The notes beneath the pieces were generated by a model that saw only the letters and a list, made by a program, of their open reading frames with translations, was not told where the DNA came from and searched no databases. The translations under genes and the position numbers were made by a program. A DNA stretch of 64,000 nt from Candidatus Eiseniibacteriota bacterium (lineage in GTDB: Bacteria > Eisenbacteria > RBG-16-71-46), in the NCBI GenBank assembly GCA_963744995.1, contig CAVUWA010000002.1, forward strand, positions 768,001-832,000. Reading direction: 5' to 3'. Positions 46,407-55,523 of the stretch are shown in pieces (position 1 is the first letter of the stretch; every line of letters starts with the position of its first letter).

Positions 46407-47095
46407 TGGCGAAGGCGCCCTCGACCGCGGCCATCGCAAAACGCATCGTCGCCTGCGAGAAGTGCGAGCGGCTGCGCGAGTGGTGCACACGCGTGGCGCG
46501 CGAGAAACGCCCCATGTACGCGCACGAAACCTACTGGGGGCGGCCGGTGCCGGGCTTCGGCGATCCGCGCGCACGGCTGCTGATCGTGGGGCTCGCCCCG
46601 GCGGCGCACGGCGCGAACCGCACCGGGCGCATGTTCACCGGCGATTCGAGCGGCGACTGGCTGTACGAAGCGCTGCACCGCTACGGCTTCGCCAGCCGGC
46701 CGGACTCCGTGTCGCGCCACGACGGCATGCGACTCACCGACTGCTACGTCACCGCGGCGGTGCGCTGCGCACCGCCCGGCAACAAGCCCGTGCGCGAGGA
46801 GTTCGACGCCTGCCGCCCGTACCTCGAGGCCGAGATCCGCGCGCTCACCCGCGTGCGCGTGGTGCTGGCGCTCGGGCGGATCGCGCACGAATCGTGGCTC
46901 CGCGCTTCGGGCTGGTGGCTCAGGACCACGCCGCGCGAGCGGCCGGCGTTCGCGCACGGGCGCGTGGCCCGGCTCTCCGACGGCGTGACGCTGGTGAGTT
47001 CCTACCACCCGAGCCGCCAGAACACCAACACCGGCACACTGACGCACAAGATGTGGTACGCCGCGTTCGAGAAGGCGCGCGGCGCGATGCGCTAA
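46406..47095 (+). CDS. udgB: Uracil-DNA glycosylase family 5 (UdgB-type, Fe-S)
   Basis: CEKCERL, GLAPAAHGANRTGRMFTGD, RCAPPGNKP, YHPSRQN. Confidence 0.92.
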   Translation: MAKAPSTAAIAKRIVACEKCERLREWCTRVAREKRPMYAHETYWGRPVPGFGDPRARLLIVGLAPAAHGANRTGRMFTGDSSGDWLYEALHRYGFASRPDSVSRHDGMRLTDCYVTAAVRCAPPGNKPVREEFDACRPYLEAEIRALTRVRVVLALGRIAHESWLRASGWWLRTTPRERPAFAHGRVARLSDGVTLVSSYHPSRQNTNTGTLTHKMWYAAFEKARGAMR

Positions 47096-47135
47096 TCCCG
47101 CCAGCCCGGCGGCGCGATCGGCGCGTGCCGCGCGC

Positions 47136-49316
47136 TCACGGGGCCGCGGATTTCGGCAGCCCCCAGATCTGCTGAAGCACGAAGTCCACCACCTTCGTGC
47201 ACTGTGCCTTCTGCAGGTTCCAGAGGTCGAAGCCGCTGGTGACCACCCGCGTCCCGTCGGCGCCGTGGTAATAGGTCATCGTGACGTTCTCGGGATTGGT
47301 GGAGGGCAGGCCCGGGCCCACCGCCCGATAGAGCGTATCGAGCGTGCTCGCGGTGTCGGGCATGCCCGGCACCATGCTGACGTCCTCGAGCACCTCGTTC
47401 GGTTGGCTCAGGAATTCGAAGTCGAGCGAGTGGTAGTAGAGAAAGAAGGCCTGCCCGGTGCGCGTGGGTGGCAGCGGATCGGTGGCGAGGGTCTTGAGCG
47501 ACAGCGTCGGCGGCAGCAGCGCGTAGTCGGGGGCCATCGGCCAGCCGCCCACGGCGCGCGCCGAACGGATCATCGTCGCCTGCGCGCGGGTCGCGTCGTA
47601 ATCCGAGCGCCAGCCGGTGGCCTCGTAATAGAAGCCGCCCGGGTGGAGCCCCTGCGGCGTCGCCGCCTGCGCCGTGCCGCCCCCCAGCAGCCACAGCCGG
47701 CCCCCCTGGCCGACGTACGCCGCCAGCGCGTTGATCACGCCGCCCGAGTTCATCACCCGCAGCGACGTCCGGTCGTGGCGCCCGTTGTTGAGCGCGCTCA
47801 GTGCATCGACGATCCAGATCACGTGACGGTAGGTGCTGAGCGTCGTGAAGCTGAACACGTCGTCGGTCGTGCCGAGCGTGTCGTACGCGTAGCCGGCGAA
47901 CAGGCCGGGTGGCGTGAGCGTACCGGCGGGCAGGCAACGCCAGGGCACGTTGCCGCGCGCATAGAGGAATGTGTCCAGCTCCGCCGCAGTCGGCCAGTAG
48001 CCGGAGGCCGGCAGCGGGCAGCCGCCCGGGCCAGCCTGGTCCGGGAGCAACCGGGTATCGTCGACGATCAGCAGATCGCGCGACATGGCCGCGCCGAGCA
48101 CGCGGGTCCTCACGATCCCGAGGCTGCGCAGGCCGAGGTCGTCGCTCGCCTCCACGTAGAAGCGGTGCTCCTCGCCGGCCGGGAACGGACCGACTTCGGC
48201 GGTGAGCGTGAGCGCGCTCGGCGTGCTCCAGTGGCCCACGTCGGTTTCCTCGTCGCTGCGGGGCGTCTCGTCGCTGACGTCGCCGTCCAGGCGCCAGCGA
48301 TAGGCGACCACGGCGCTGCCGGCATTGGGCACCGCGAACCAGCTGATCCGAACCGTGTGGTCGGGCAGCACGTCGAGAGGGATTTCGGCGCGCGGGTCGA
48401 GCGTGTAGCCGCCGCTCGGGTAGGTGTAGCGGAAGTAGTCGTTGTAGAGCGTGAACGTCGGGCCGATCGTCGCCGCGAGGCTCACTTTGAAGCGCAGCAC
48501 GTTGGTGTTGAGCGAAAAGACCGGCGAATACGCGCCCGCCTCGTCGATCGCCACGACGACGAACACGTAGGTGGCGCCCGGGGTCAGGTTCGTGAAGTGC
48601 ACGAGCGGACGGTCGCCCGGCGTCGAATCCCATCCGGCGAACGCCGGCGCGAAGTAGCGCCTGAGCGAATCGGGATCGCTGATCGCGACCGACTGCGGGA
48701 ACGACGAGGACGACGTGAGCAGCAGGTACTTGTAGGCGACCGGCGCCTTCGAGTTCACGCCGTCCGGATCGGTGCCGGTCCAGTGCAGCTCGATCGACGA
48801 GGACAGGTTGGCCGGGAGCAGGGCGTTCGGGATCGGGGTCGTGATGATCACCGACGGCGCGACCGTGCGTGTGAAGAACGCCCGCGTCTCGGGCACCGAG
48901 GCCAGCCCCTGGCGGTCGAAGGCCTTGATCAGGAACACGTGGAAGGCGACCGCCTGGCCCGCGGCGCCGCTCGGGTCCGGCTCGTCGGAGCGGAAGACGA
49001 GGCGCGTCTCGTGATCTTCCGTGCGGACCCAGGCGGTATCGTCCGGCGCCGGATCCACCGCGTATTCGAAGTGGTCGATCGCGCCGTCCGGGTCGTACGC
49101 GAACCACTCCAGCGTGTACGCGTACGTGTAGGGTACGGTGGAGCTGGCAGGCGCGTGCTCGAGCTCGATCACCGGGCGCTGGTTGGGAACCAGCATTCCG
49201 GCGGGGCGCTTCACGCAGGCACCCGCCGCCCAGGCGAGCGCCCCTGCGGCGAGCACGGCGGGCAGGGCGTGCCGCAGGCGCAACGGCGCGGGCCGGGCAC
49301 GCTCTCGCGCGCTCAT
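47136..49316 (-). CDS. Large hypothetical lipoprotein with tandem Ig/Fn3-like repeats and an alpha/beta C-terminal domain
   Basis: Lipobox WAAGAC; repeated W...DPDG and F...A.D..G motifs (AYDPDG/KAFDRQG, GTDPDG/VAIDEAG, EASDDLG); LLIVDDT...YRHVIW...GGRLWLLG. Confidence 0.85.
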   Translation of the reverse strand: MSARERARPAPLRLRHALPAVLAAGALAWAAGACVKRPAGMLVPNQRPVIELEHAPASSTVPYTYAYTLEWFAYDPDGAIDHFEYAVDPAPDDTAWVRTEDHETRLVFRSDEPDPSGAAGQAVAFHVFLIKAFDRQGLASVPETRAFFTRTVAPSVIITTPIPNALLPANLSSSIELHWTGTDPDGVNSKAPVAYKYLLLTSSSSFPQSVAISDPDSLRRYFAPAFAGWDSTPGDRPLVHFTNLTPGATYVFVVVAIDEAGAYSPVFSLNTNVLRFKVSLAATIGPTFTLYNDYFRYTYPSGGYTLDPRAEIPLDVLPDHTVRISWFAVPNAGSAVVAYRWRLDGDVSDETPRSDEETDVGHWSTPSALTLTAEVGPFPAGEEHRFYVEASDDLGLRSLGIVRTRVLGAAMSRDLLIVDDTRLLPDQAGPGGCPLPASGYWPTAAELDTFLYARGNVPWRCLPAGTLTPPGLFAGYAYDTLGTTDDVFSFTTLSTYRHVIWIVDALSALNNGRHDRTSLRVMNSGGVINALAAYVGQGGRLWLLGGGTAQAATPQGLHPGGFYYEATGWRSDYDATRAQATMIRSARAVGGWPMAPDYALLPPTLSLKTLATDPLPPTRTGQAFFLYYHSLDFEFLSQPNEVLEDVSMVPGMPDTASTLDTLYRAVGPGLPSTNPENVTMTYYHGADGTRVVTSGFDLWNLQKAQCTKVVDFVLQQIWGLPKSAAP

Positions 49317-50590
49317 GGACGGCGCCCCGCGATCAGGTCGAACGCGTTGCGGCGATAGATGTAGACGACCAGCCTGGGCTGTCGCGATGGGTCGGAGGTC
49401 GTGGGGGAGGCCCAGCCGAAGTTGGAGTCGGCATCGAGGCGGTAGCCGAAGCGCGCCCTCCCGCGCATGCGCGACTCGAGGTGCGAGGCGAGGCGCGGCG
49501 AATGGAACCGCACCCGATTGCCCGCCATCACTTCACCGATCGCGAGCGGCGAGGCAGTGGGGTCGTCGTAGGGCGGCCCCGGGTAACCGATGCCGCATGC
49601 CATCCATGCACCCTCGGTGCCGCTGATCGTGAGCCTGCGCCCGTTCGGGTTGGAGCCCGCCGACGAAGGCGTGAGGACGAGGACCGCGTCCGCGAGCCGC
49701 AGGTCGTCGCCGTACCCGCTCAGCTCCCAGTCCATCGCACCGTTGTAGGAGGGCCCGCAACCCACGGTCGCGCTGAAGCAGCTCCGGACATCGCCGAAGT
49801 TCGACACGTGTCGCACCGAGGCCCACTGCGAGCACACCAGTGTCAGCGAGTCGACCGGCAGTCCCGTCGAGAGCGTCCCGAAGCGCCAGACCGGACCCTC
49901 GGCCACTTCGCCCGTGGACAGATTCGTCGCTCTCACCGACCAGTAGTGCGTCTCACCCAGCGTCCAGGCCGGGTCGGGAGCATAGGTGGCGAAGCCCGTC
50001 GCGGCGACCGCGGGCGCCGTGCGGGCCGCGACCGACGCCGAGTCGGAGCTTTCGAAGATCTCGTAGCGGATCGTACCGGCGGTGGGCTCGGTGGAGTCCC
50101 ACGCGAGCGGCACGAACGCCGACTCGTCCACCGTGCCGGCTGCGGGCGAGGGATGCGCCGGACGCCGCACGCCGTTGGTCCTGAACTGCCAGAAGAACGG
50201 CTCGAGCGCGGCGCCGTCCGCGGCGCGCACCCCGTCGCCGAAGCTCACCGTGTGAGTGCGCAGCAGCTCGAGCAGGGCCTGCGGCTCGATGTGCACGCGC
50301 CGCCGCGCAGGCTCCCAGGTGATCGCGATCGGGATCCGCCGCGTATCGCGCTTGAGGAAGATGCGATCGGGGCCGAGCGTCGCAGGGTCCAGGTCGCGAT
50401 CGAAGTCGGCCCAGATGTCGGTCTCGGCGAGCACGCCGGTCGAGCGGCTCGCCGGCATGAGGCCCGTCACCAGCGCCGGCGGCGCTTCTTCCGGGCCGGC
50501 GAGATCCGCGGCGTGGTGCCGGGCGCAGCCGCCGAGCGCGACGGCGAGCGCGAATGCAAGCGCCGAAGTCCGGATCGAAGGCGCGCTCAT
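49313..50590 (-). CDS. Hypothetical lipoprotein with Big_5-like and Fn3-like domains
   Basis: Lipobox LGGC; PASRSTGV...IWADFDRDLDPAT...WQFRT; YWSVRATN...GPVWRF; C-terminal PRLVVY. ATGA overlaps with both neighbours. Confidence 0.85.
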   Translation of the reverse strand: MSAPSIRTSALAFALAVALGGCARHHAADLAGPEEAPPALVTGLMPASRSTGVLAETDIWADFDRDLDPATLGPDRIFLKRDTRRIPIAITWEPARRRVHIEPQALLELLRTHTVSFGDGVRAADGAALEPFFWQFRTNGVRRPAHPSPAAGTVDESAFVPLAWDSTEPTAGTIRYEIFESSDSASVAARTAPAVAATGFATYAPDPAWTLGETHYWSVRATNLSTGEVAEGPVWRFGTLSTGLPVDSLTLVCSQWASVRHVSNFGDVRSCFSATVGCGPSYNGAMDWELSGYGDDLRLADAVLVLTPSSAGSNPNGRRLTISGTEGAWMACGIGYPGPPYDDPTASPLAIGEVMAGNRVRFHSPRLASHLESRMRGRARFGYRLDADSNFGWASPTTSDPSRQPRLVVYIYRRNAFDLIAGRRP

Positions 50591-52968
50591 CGGATCACCA
50601 CGAACTTGCCGCGCTGGGTGCCGAACGGGGAGTCCACCGTGAACAGGTAGATCCCCGATTCCACCTCCTGGCCGTTGCGCGAGACCAGGTCCCACGCGGC
50701 TTCGCCGGCGCCCGCGCGGCCGTCGTGGTGGATCACCTGCACCAGATCGCCGGCGACGGTCCAGATCTTGAGCGTGGCCTCGGCCTTCGGCATGCCCATG
50801 AAGTCGATGTGGCGGGTGCGGATGTCGCCGCTCACCGGCGGGCGCTCCCAGGCGGCCGAGGCGCGGAACGGGTTCGGCACCACCCACACCCCGCGACCCG
50901 ACGCGATCGCCTCCACGCGCGGGGTCACGCGCTCGTCGAACGAGGCGAGCAGCGCGCTCTCGAGCGGCGTGTGCAGGAAGCTGCCGTTCGGCTGGCGGCT
51001 CACGTAGTCGTACATCGAGGTGACGACGTAGACGTAGTCGAAGCCGTTGAGCGGCGTGTCGTCGACGAACCGGTAGTGGCCCGGGGGATAGAGCTTCTTC
51101 TCGAACAGGATGCGCTCGTAGTCGACCGTGGAGTCGATCGTGGCAGTGAGTGCGGCGGCGCCGTCGAGCGGATCGTCGCTGAACACGCGGCGGATGGACC
51201 ACTGGCGGCGCTCCGGGAGCAGGGCGCCGCGACCGCTCCAGTCGTCGATCCGGTAGAGCCGGTATCCGAGGAAGCGCGACTCACGCGAGCCGTACTGACC
51301 GCCGGCAAGGAGCACCTCGGGCCGGTTGTCCCACTCGATCGTCACCCTGTGGTCGCCGGGGGTGACCCGCCAGCCGGGCGGCGGTGGGACTGCGCCGGGA
51401 TCGGTCCAGTGCAGGTGCGTCTCGCGTCCGCCGAAACCGGTGCACGGATCGCAGTCGGCGTCGGTCCAGATGCAGCTGTCTGCGGTGTAGGTGACCGCAG
51501 GGCCCGTGAACTCGCAACCGGGGAACTTGGTGGTGTTGTAGCAGTGTGGATCCCATTCGAACGTCACGCCCGGCGGCGCCGAGATACAGGACTCGTGACC
51601 ATTCAGACCCGACTCGCCCGAGTACCAGACCGTCGAGTCGGCCGTCTCGATGTCCGGGAGTAGATCAGCGAGCACCCCATCGTGATGCCGCAGCGCATCG
51701 GTCCCCACGGCGTCCACGCTGTCGGCGGCCGGGGCGACGATCAGCGCCGCCGAGAACGTGATCGACTGACCCGGTTCGAGCCTTGCGAACGGGCCGCACG
51801 AGACCAGCGCCACGTAGTCCGCGCCGTCGTCTTCGTCCGGCGCCTGCGTGAGCTGCCCGGCGAGCGCCGCATAGCGAGCCAGATCGGTCGTCGGCACACC
51901 ACCCTGCCCGGGTGGACGGTCCCTCGCGAAAATCAGGTTGCGGAACGACACACGGCTCGGCGCGCGCGCGTAACGGGCGGCGGGCGGGATCAGGCCGAGC
52001 GGATCGGTGGTGTGATCGAGTCCGATGACCGCGATTCGCGCCGGCGCGGATGATGAGGCGTCGCCGACCACCAGCGCGCGGCCGGTCACGGTCCGGATGC
52101 ACGGTTCGGGCGGCGGGACGCCAGGACCGGGGACGCACTTGATCACGTCCCGCCGCGGGCCTTCCCACGTGATGGTGTTGATCCCGAGTCCGTCGTTCAC
52201 CGAGAATCCCCACGTCGCGCGCCCGATCCGGTCGTTGATGTGGCCGGACGGATCCTCGCGGCGCCGCGAGTCGAGGTCGGCATAGAGACCCACGTAGACG
52301 TCGGTCAGCGTCTCGCTGGAGTGGTTGGTGATGGTGTACTTCAACGCCGCCCAGCGATCGTACCCGGGGCGTCCCCAGCCGAGGACCTCCTGGTGCACCG
52401 ACAACCCGAGCGGGACGTGATTCTCGACGCCGGTGCTGAAACGCACCGCCTCCGGCTGGTCGTCGGTGTAATCGGCGGCGAGCAGCTGATCGGCGGCCAG
52501 ACCGATGTCCTCGTCCACCTCGCCGTCGTGGTCGTCGTCTCGACCGTTCAGGGTCTCTTCGTCGATCGCGCCGTCGCCGTCGTCGTCCACCAGCCACAGG
52601 CTGCCGAGCCGCCCGCGCCTCGCCTCGACCACCCGGTCGCTCGGGTCCAGCGTCGGCCGCCATTCGAGGAGCGGGTCGCCGGAGACGCGGATCACCCCGT
52701 CGGCGTTGCGCGCGCCCACCCACAGCGAAGCGTAGTTCAGCATCTCGTAGCCGGAGTAGGCGGGGTATTCGAGCGACGGGTCGAACGAACGACCTTCGGA
52801 GAAGAACGCGTTGCCGACGATGCCGGCGTTGGTCACGCGCATGCGGAAGGCGCCGACGTCCAGCACGGGACCCTTGTCCCCGATGTCTAGCACTGCGAAT
52901 GCGCGGGCGGGAAACAGGGTGAAAAGGATGCACAGCGCGAAGGTGAATCGGCGCGTCGGCAGCTTCAA
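50587..52968 (-). CDS. Large exported protein with Asp-rich Ca-binding-like repeats and C-terminal T9SS-CTD-like domain
   Basis: TTG 52968, signal ending ARAFA; DDDGDGAIDEE and DDDHDGEVDED; tail VVPNPF...IWTVAGDLVQ...WDLVSRNGQEVESGIYLF...GKFVVIR. Confidence 0.88.
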   Translation of the reverse strand: MKLPTRRFTFALCILFTLFPARAFAVLDIGDKGPVLDVGAFRMRVTNAGIVGNAFFSEGRSFDPSLEYPAYSGYEMLNYASLWVGARNADGVIRVSGDPLLEWRPTLDPSDRVVEARRGRLGSLWLVDDDGDGAIDEETLNGRDDDHDGEVDEDIGLAADQLLAADYTDDQPEAVRFSTGVENHVPLGLSVHQEVLGWGRPGYDRWAALKYTITNHSSETLTDVYVGLYADLDSRRREDPSGHINDRIGRATWGFSVNDGLGINTITWEGPRRDVIKCVPGPGVPPPEPCIRTVTGRALVVGDASSSAPARIAVIGLDHTTDPLGLIPPAARYARAPSRVSFRNLIFARDRPPGQGGVPTTDLARYAALAGQLTQAPDEDDGADYVALVSCGPFARLEPGQSITFSAALIVAPAADSVDAVGTDALRHHDGVLADLLPDIETADSTVWYSGESGLNGHESCISAPPGVTFEWDPHCYNTTKFPGCEFTGPAVTYTADSCIWTDADCDPCTGFGGRETHLHWTDPGAVPPPPGWRVTPGDHRVTIEWDNRPEVLLAGGQYGSRESRFLGYRLYRIDDWSGRGALLPERRQWSIRRVFSDDPLDGAAALTATIDSTVDYERILFEKKLYPPGHYRFVDDTPLNGFDYVYVVTSMYDYVSRQPNGSFLHTPLESALLASFDERVTPRVEAIASGRGVWVVPNPFRASAAWERPPVSGDIRTRHIDFMGMPKAEATLKIWTVAGDLVQVIHHDGRAGAGEAAWDLVSRNGQEVESGIYLFTVDSPFGTQRGKFVVIR

Positions 52969-53104
52969 AGAGGACTCACTCCTGGGGGAGTCTGTGGGAG
53001 GGAAAACGTGCGAACGAGAATACCACCAACCGCGCCGCCGCCGTGGCACATCTGCGCGGCCCGCGGCTCACGGCGTGCCGCCGTAACGAGTTCGGACTTT
53101 GCGC

Positions 53105-53133
53105 TTGACGCCGGGCGCGACTGCGCACAAGGT
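53105..53133 (+). promoter_or_regulatory. Possible promoter of the riboswitch transcript
   Basis: TTGACG at 53105 with only a weak -10 (CAAGGT) at 17-nt spacing. Confidence 0.25.
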
Positions 53134-53140
53134 AGGCGCA

Positions 53141-53301
53141 GACATCTTCCGCGGTGCCCGCAAACAGCGGGGTAATAGGGAAGGGGGTGCGATTCCCCCA
53201 CGGTCCCGCCACTGTGATGGGTTCCCGGAGTCTCATGCGCCACTGATCCCCTGGATCGGGAAGGCGAGGCTCCGACGGCCCTCAGTCAGGAAACCTGCCC
53301 G
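53141..53301 (+). ncRNA. Cobalamin (B12) riboswitch
   Basis: GGTGC, AATAGGGAA (53174), GGGGGTGCGATTCCCCC hairpin, GCCACTGTGA (53208), GCCACTG...GGGAAGGC, B12 box AGTCAGGAAACCTGCC (53284-53299); upstream of a TonB receptor. Confidence 0.95.
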
Positions 53302-53358
53302 GAAGCCATCGCTCGCAGCGCTTCGTGAGAAGGCGTTGAGGCGTTCGGCGCTCCCAGG

Positions 53359-53394
53359 GCTCCGTCGCTTCGCCCCCGCGAAGACGGAGCTTTT
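53359..53394 (+). terminator. Riboswitch expression platform: terminator and RBS-sequestering hairpin
   Basis: GCTCCGT-cg-CTTCGC-cccc-GCGAAG-ACGGAGC then TTTT; the 3' arm contains GGAG 8 nt before TTG 53398. Confidence 0.7.
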
Positions 53395-53397
53395 CGA

Positions 53398-55500
53398 TTG
53401 GGCGCGGGCAACGCCGTGATCGTCGCACTCGTTCTCCTCATGTCTCTGGCGCTCGCGCACGACGCGGACGCGGCGCGCACGGCGCCGTTCGCCGAGGTCC
53501 GCCGCGATGCGCGGGGAGCCGCGGTGGCCGACTCCGCCGCCCCGCCGGCGCCGAACTCCGCCGCGCTCGAGACAAGGCTCGACTCGGTAGTGGTGCTGCC
53601 CGAGGTGGTGGTCGAGCGCGAACGGGCGCTCGACGCCGCGCGGCGCCGGCGCCCGACGGGTTTCGTCACCGAGCTGTCCCCGGACGCCGTGCCGCGCACG
53701 TACGAGACGGCGGCCGACCTCTTGCGTCAGGCGGCCGGCGTGCACGTCGTCCAGTACGGCGGGCTCGGCGCGTTCAGCACCGTGTCGCTGCGCGGCGCGC
53801 CGGCGGGGCAGGTCGCCGTGTACGTGGATGGCGTGCCCATGCAGTCGGCGGCGCGGACCGTGGTGAATCTCGCCGAGCTGCCGATGGGTTCGATCGAGAC
53901 GATCGAGGTCTATCGCGGTGGCGCCCCGCTGTCGCTCGGGCCCGGGCGTCCGGGCGGCGCGATCCAGCTCACCACGGCGATCGGCGCCGGCGCGAGCGCG
54001 CGGGTGACGCGCGGCTCGTTCGACACGTGGGACGTGGCCGCGCGTGCCGGGGCGACGCGCGGCGCGTTCGCCGCCGCCGTACACGGGGGCTATCAGGGTT
54101 CGGACGGCGACTACCGCTATCTGAACGACAACGGCACGCCGTTCAACCCCGGTGACGACGTCGAGGCCGTGCGCGTGAACAACCGCTTCGACATGGCGCA
54201 CGGTGGCGCGCGGCTCGAATGGCGGCCGGACGACCGCTGGCGCGTGCGGGCGGCGGGGAAAATCGAGCGGCAGGGGCAGGGGTTCCCCGGGCTCGGCTCG
54301 ATCCCGGCGCTCGACGCGCGCGCGCGGCTGCTCTCGGGCGACGTGCAGTCGTCGATCGAGCGATGGTTTTCCGGCGGCGGGCGCGTCGAGTGGTCGGGAC
54401 TCTGGCAGGCGGACCGGCGTCGCTTCGGGGATCCGATGGGCCGGCTCGGGCTCGGGCGGCACCTGACCGACGATCGCTTTCGCGCGATCCAGACCGCGCT
54501 GCACCTGGAGACGCCGGAGCGTTTCGACGTGCGCCTCGAAGGCGGCGTGTCGCTCCGGGGCGAGCGCGCCACGCTGCGCGATGCGCTGGACGGGCGGCCG
54601 GATCCGCCGCCGAGCACGCGGCGCACGCAGAGCGCCCGGGCGGGGGTGCGCTGGAGGCCGGGCGCGGGGCCGGTGCTGCTGGTCGCGGACCAGCGCTGGG
54701 ACCGGTCGAGCGATCGCCTGCATGCGGCGACGCCCGGACCCGCAGGGGGGCTCGAGACCGTGCGCGAGACGCGCTCGCCGGAACTCGGTGCGCGGCTCAT
54801 GCTCGGGGGCGGCGTCGAGCTGCGCGCGAACTGGGCGCAGGCCGAACGCGTACCCGACTTCCTCGAACTGTTCGGCGATCAGGGCGGCGTGAGCGGGAAC
54901 CCGTCGCTGCGGCCCGAGCGCGTCGTGAGCCGTGACGCCGGCCTCGCCTGGTCGGGCCGCATGCCGCTCGTCCCGCGTGCTTCGCTCGCGTGGGCGCACT
55001 TCGAATCGAACGGCGAGGACTTCATCGTCTTCGTCAGACAGTCGCAGACCGCGGTCAAGGCGCAGAACGTCGCGCGCGCACGGATCCGCGGCGAAGAACT
55101 CTCGCTGGCGGGAGAGTTGCCGCTGGGCTTCGAGCTGGCCGCCGCGCTGACGTGGCAATCCGCGATCGACCAGGGCGACGTGCCGTTCTGGCGCGGCCAC
55201 CGCCTGCCGCAGCGCCCCGGCCGGGAGTCGTACGCACGACTCGGCTGGAAGGGCGGCGTGCTGCGCGCCTCGCTCGAAGGCCGCTTCGTCGGCGACAGCT
55301 ACCGCGACCGCGCCAACCAGCAGCGCGTGCCGAGCCGCACGCTGGTCGACGCGTCATTTTCGTGGACGCCCGGCGACGGTCCGTTCCGCTTCACGCTCGA
55401 AGGCCGCAACCTCGGCGACCGCCGCGTGGCCGACGTCGCCGGCTACCCGCTGCCCGGGCGCAGCCTGCTCGCTTCCATCGACTGGCACGCGGGCCGCTGA
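53398..55500 (+). CDS. TonB-dependent receptor, probable cobalamin receptor (BtuB-like)
   Basis: Signal, LPEVVVE, plug GGLGAFSTVSLRG...VYVDGVP...IETIEVYRG, GNPSLRPE, GYPLPGRS; directly under the B12 riboswitch. Confidence 0.9.
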   Translation: MGAGNAVIVALVLLMSLALAHDADAARTAPFAEVRRDARGAAVADSAAPPAPNSAALETRLDSVVVLPEVVVERERALDAARRRRPTGFVTELSPDAVPRTYETAADLLRQAAGVHVVQYGGLGAFSTVSLRGAPAGQVAVYVDGVPMQSAARTVVNLAELPMGSIETIEVYRGGAPLSLGPGRPGGAIQLTTAIGAGASARVTRGSFDTWDVAARAGATRGAFAAAVHGGYQGSDGDYRYLNDNGTPFNPGDDVEAVRVNNRFDMAHGGARLEWRPDDRWRVRAAGKIERQGQGFPGLGSIPALDARARLLSGDVQSSIERWFSGGGRVEWSGLWQADRRRFGDPMGRLGLGRHLTDDRFRAIQTALHLETPERFDVRLEGGVSLRGERATLRDALDGRPDPPPSTRRTQSARAGVRWRPGAGPVLLVADQRWDRSSDRLHAATPGPAGGLETVRETRSPELGARLMLGGGVELRANWAQAERVPDFLELFGDQGGVSGNPSLRPERVVSRDAGLAWSGRMPLVPRASLAWAHFESNGEDFIVFVRQSQTAVKAQNVARARIRGEELSLAGELPLGFELAAALTWQSAIDQGDVPFWRGHRLPQRPGRESYARLGWKGGVLRASLEGRFVGDSYRDRANQQRVPSRTLVDASFSWTPGDGPFRFTLEGRNLGDRRVADVAGYPLPGRSLLASIDWHAGR

Positions 55501-55523
55501 CGGCACGCGCTTCCGGAGGTTCC

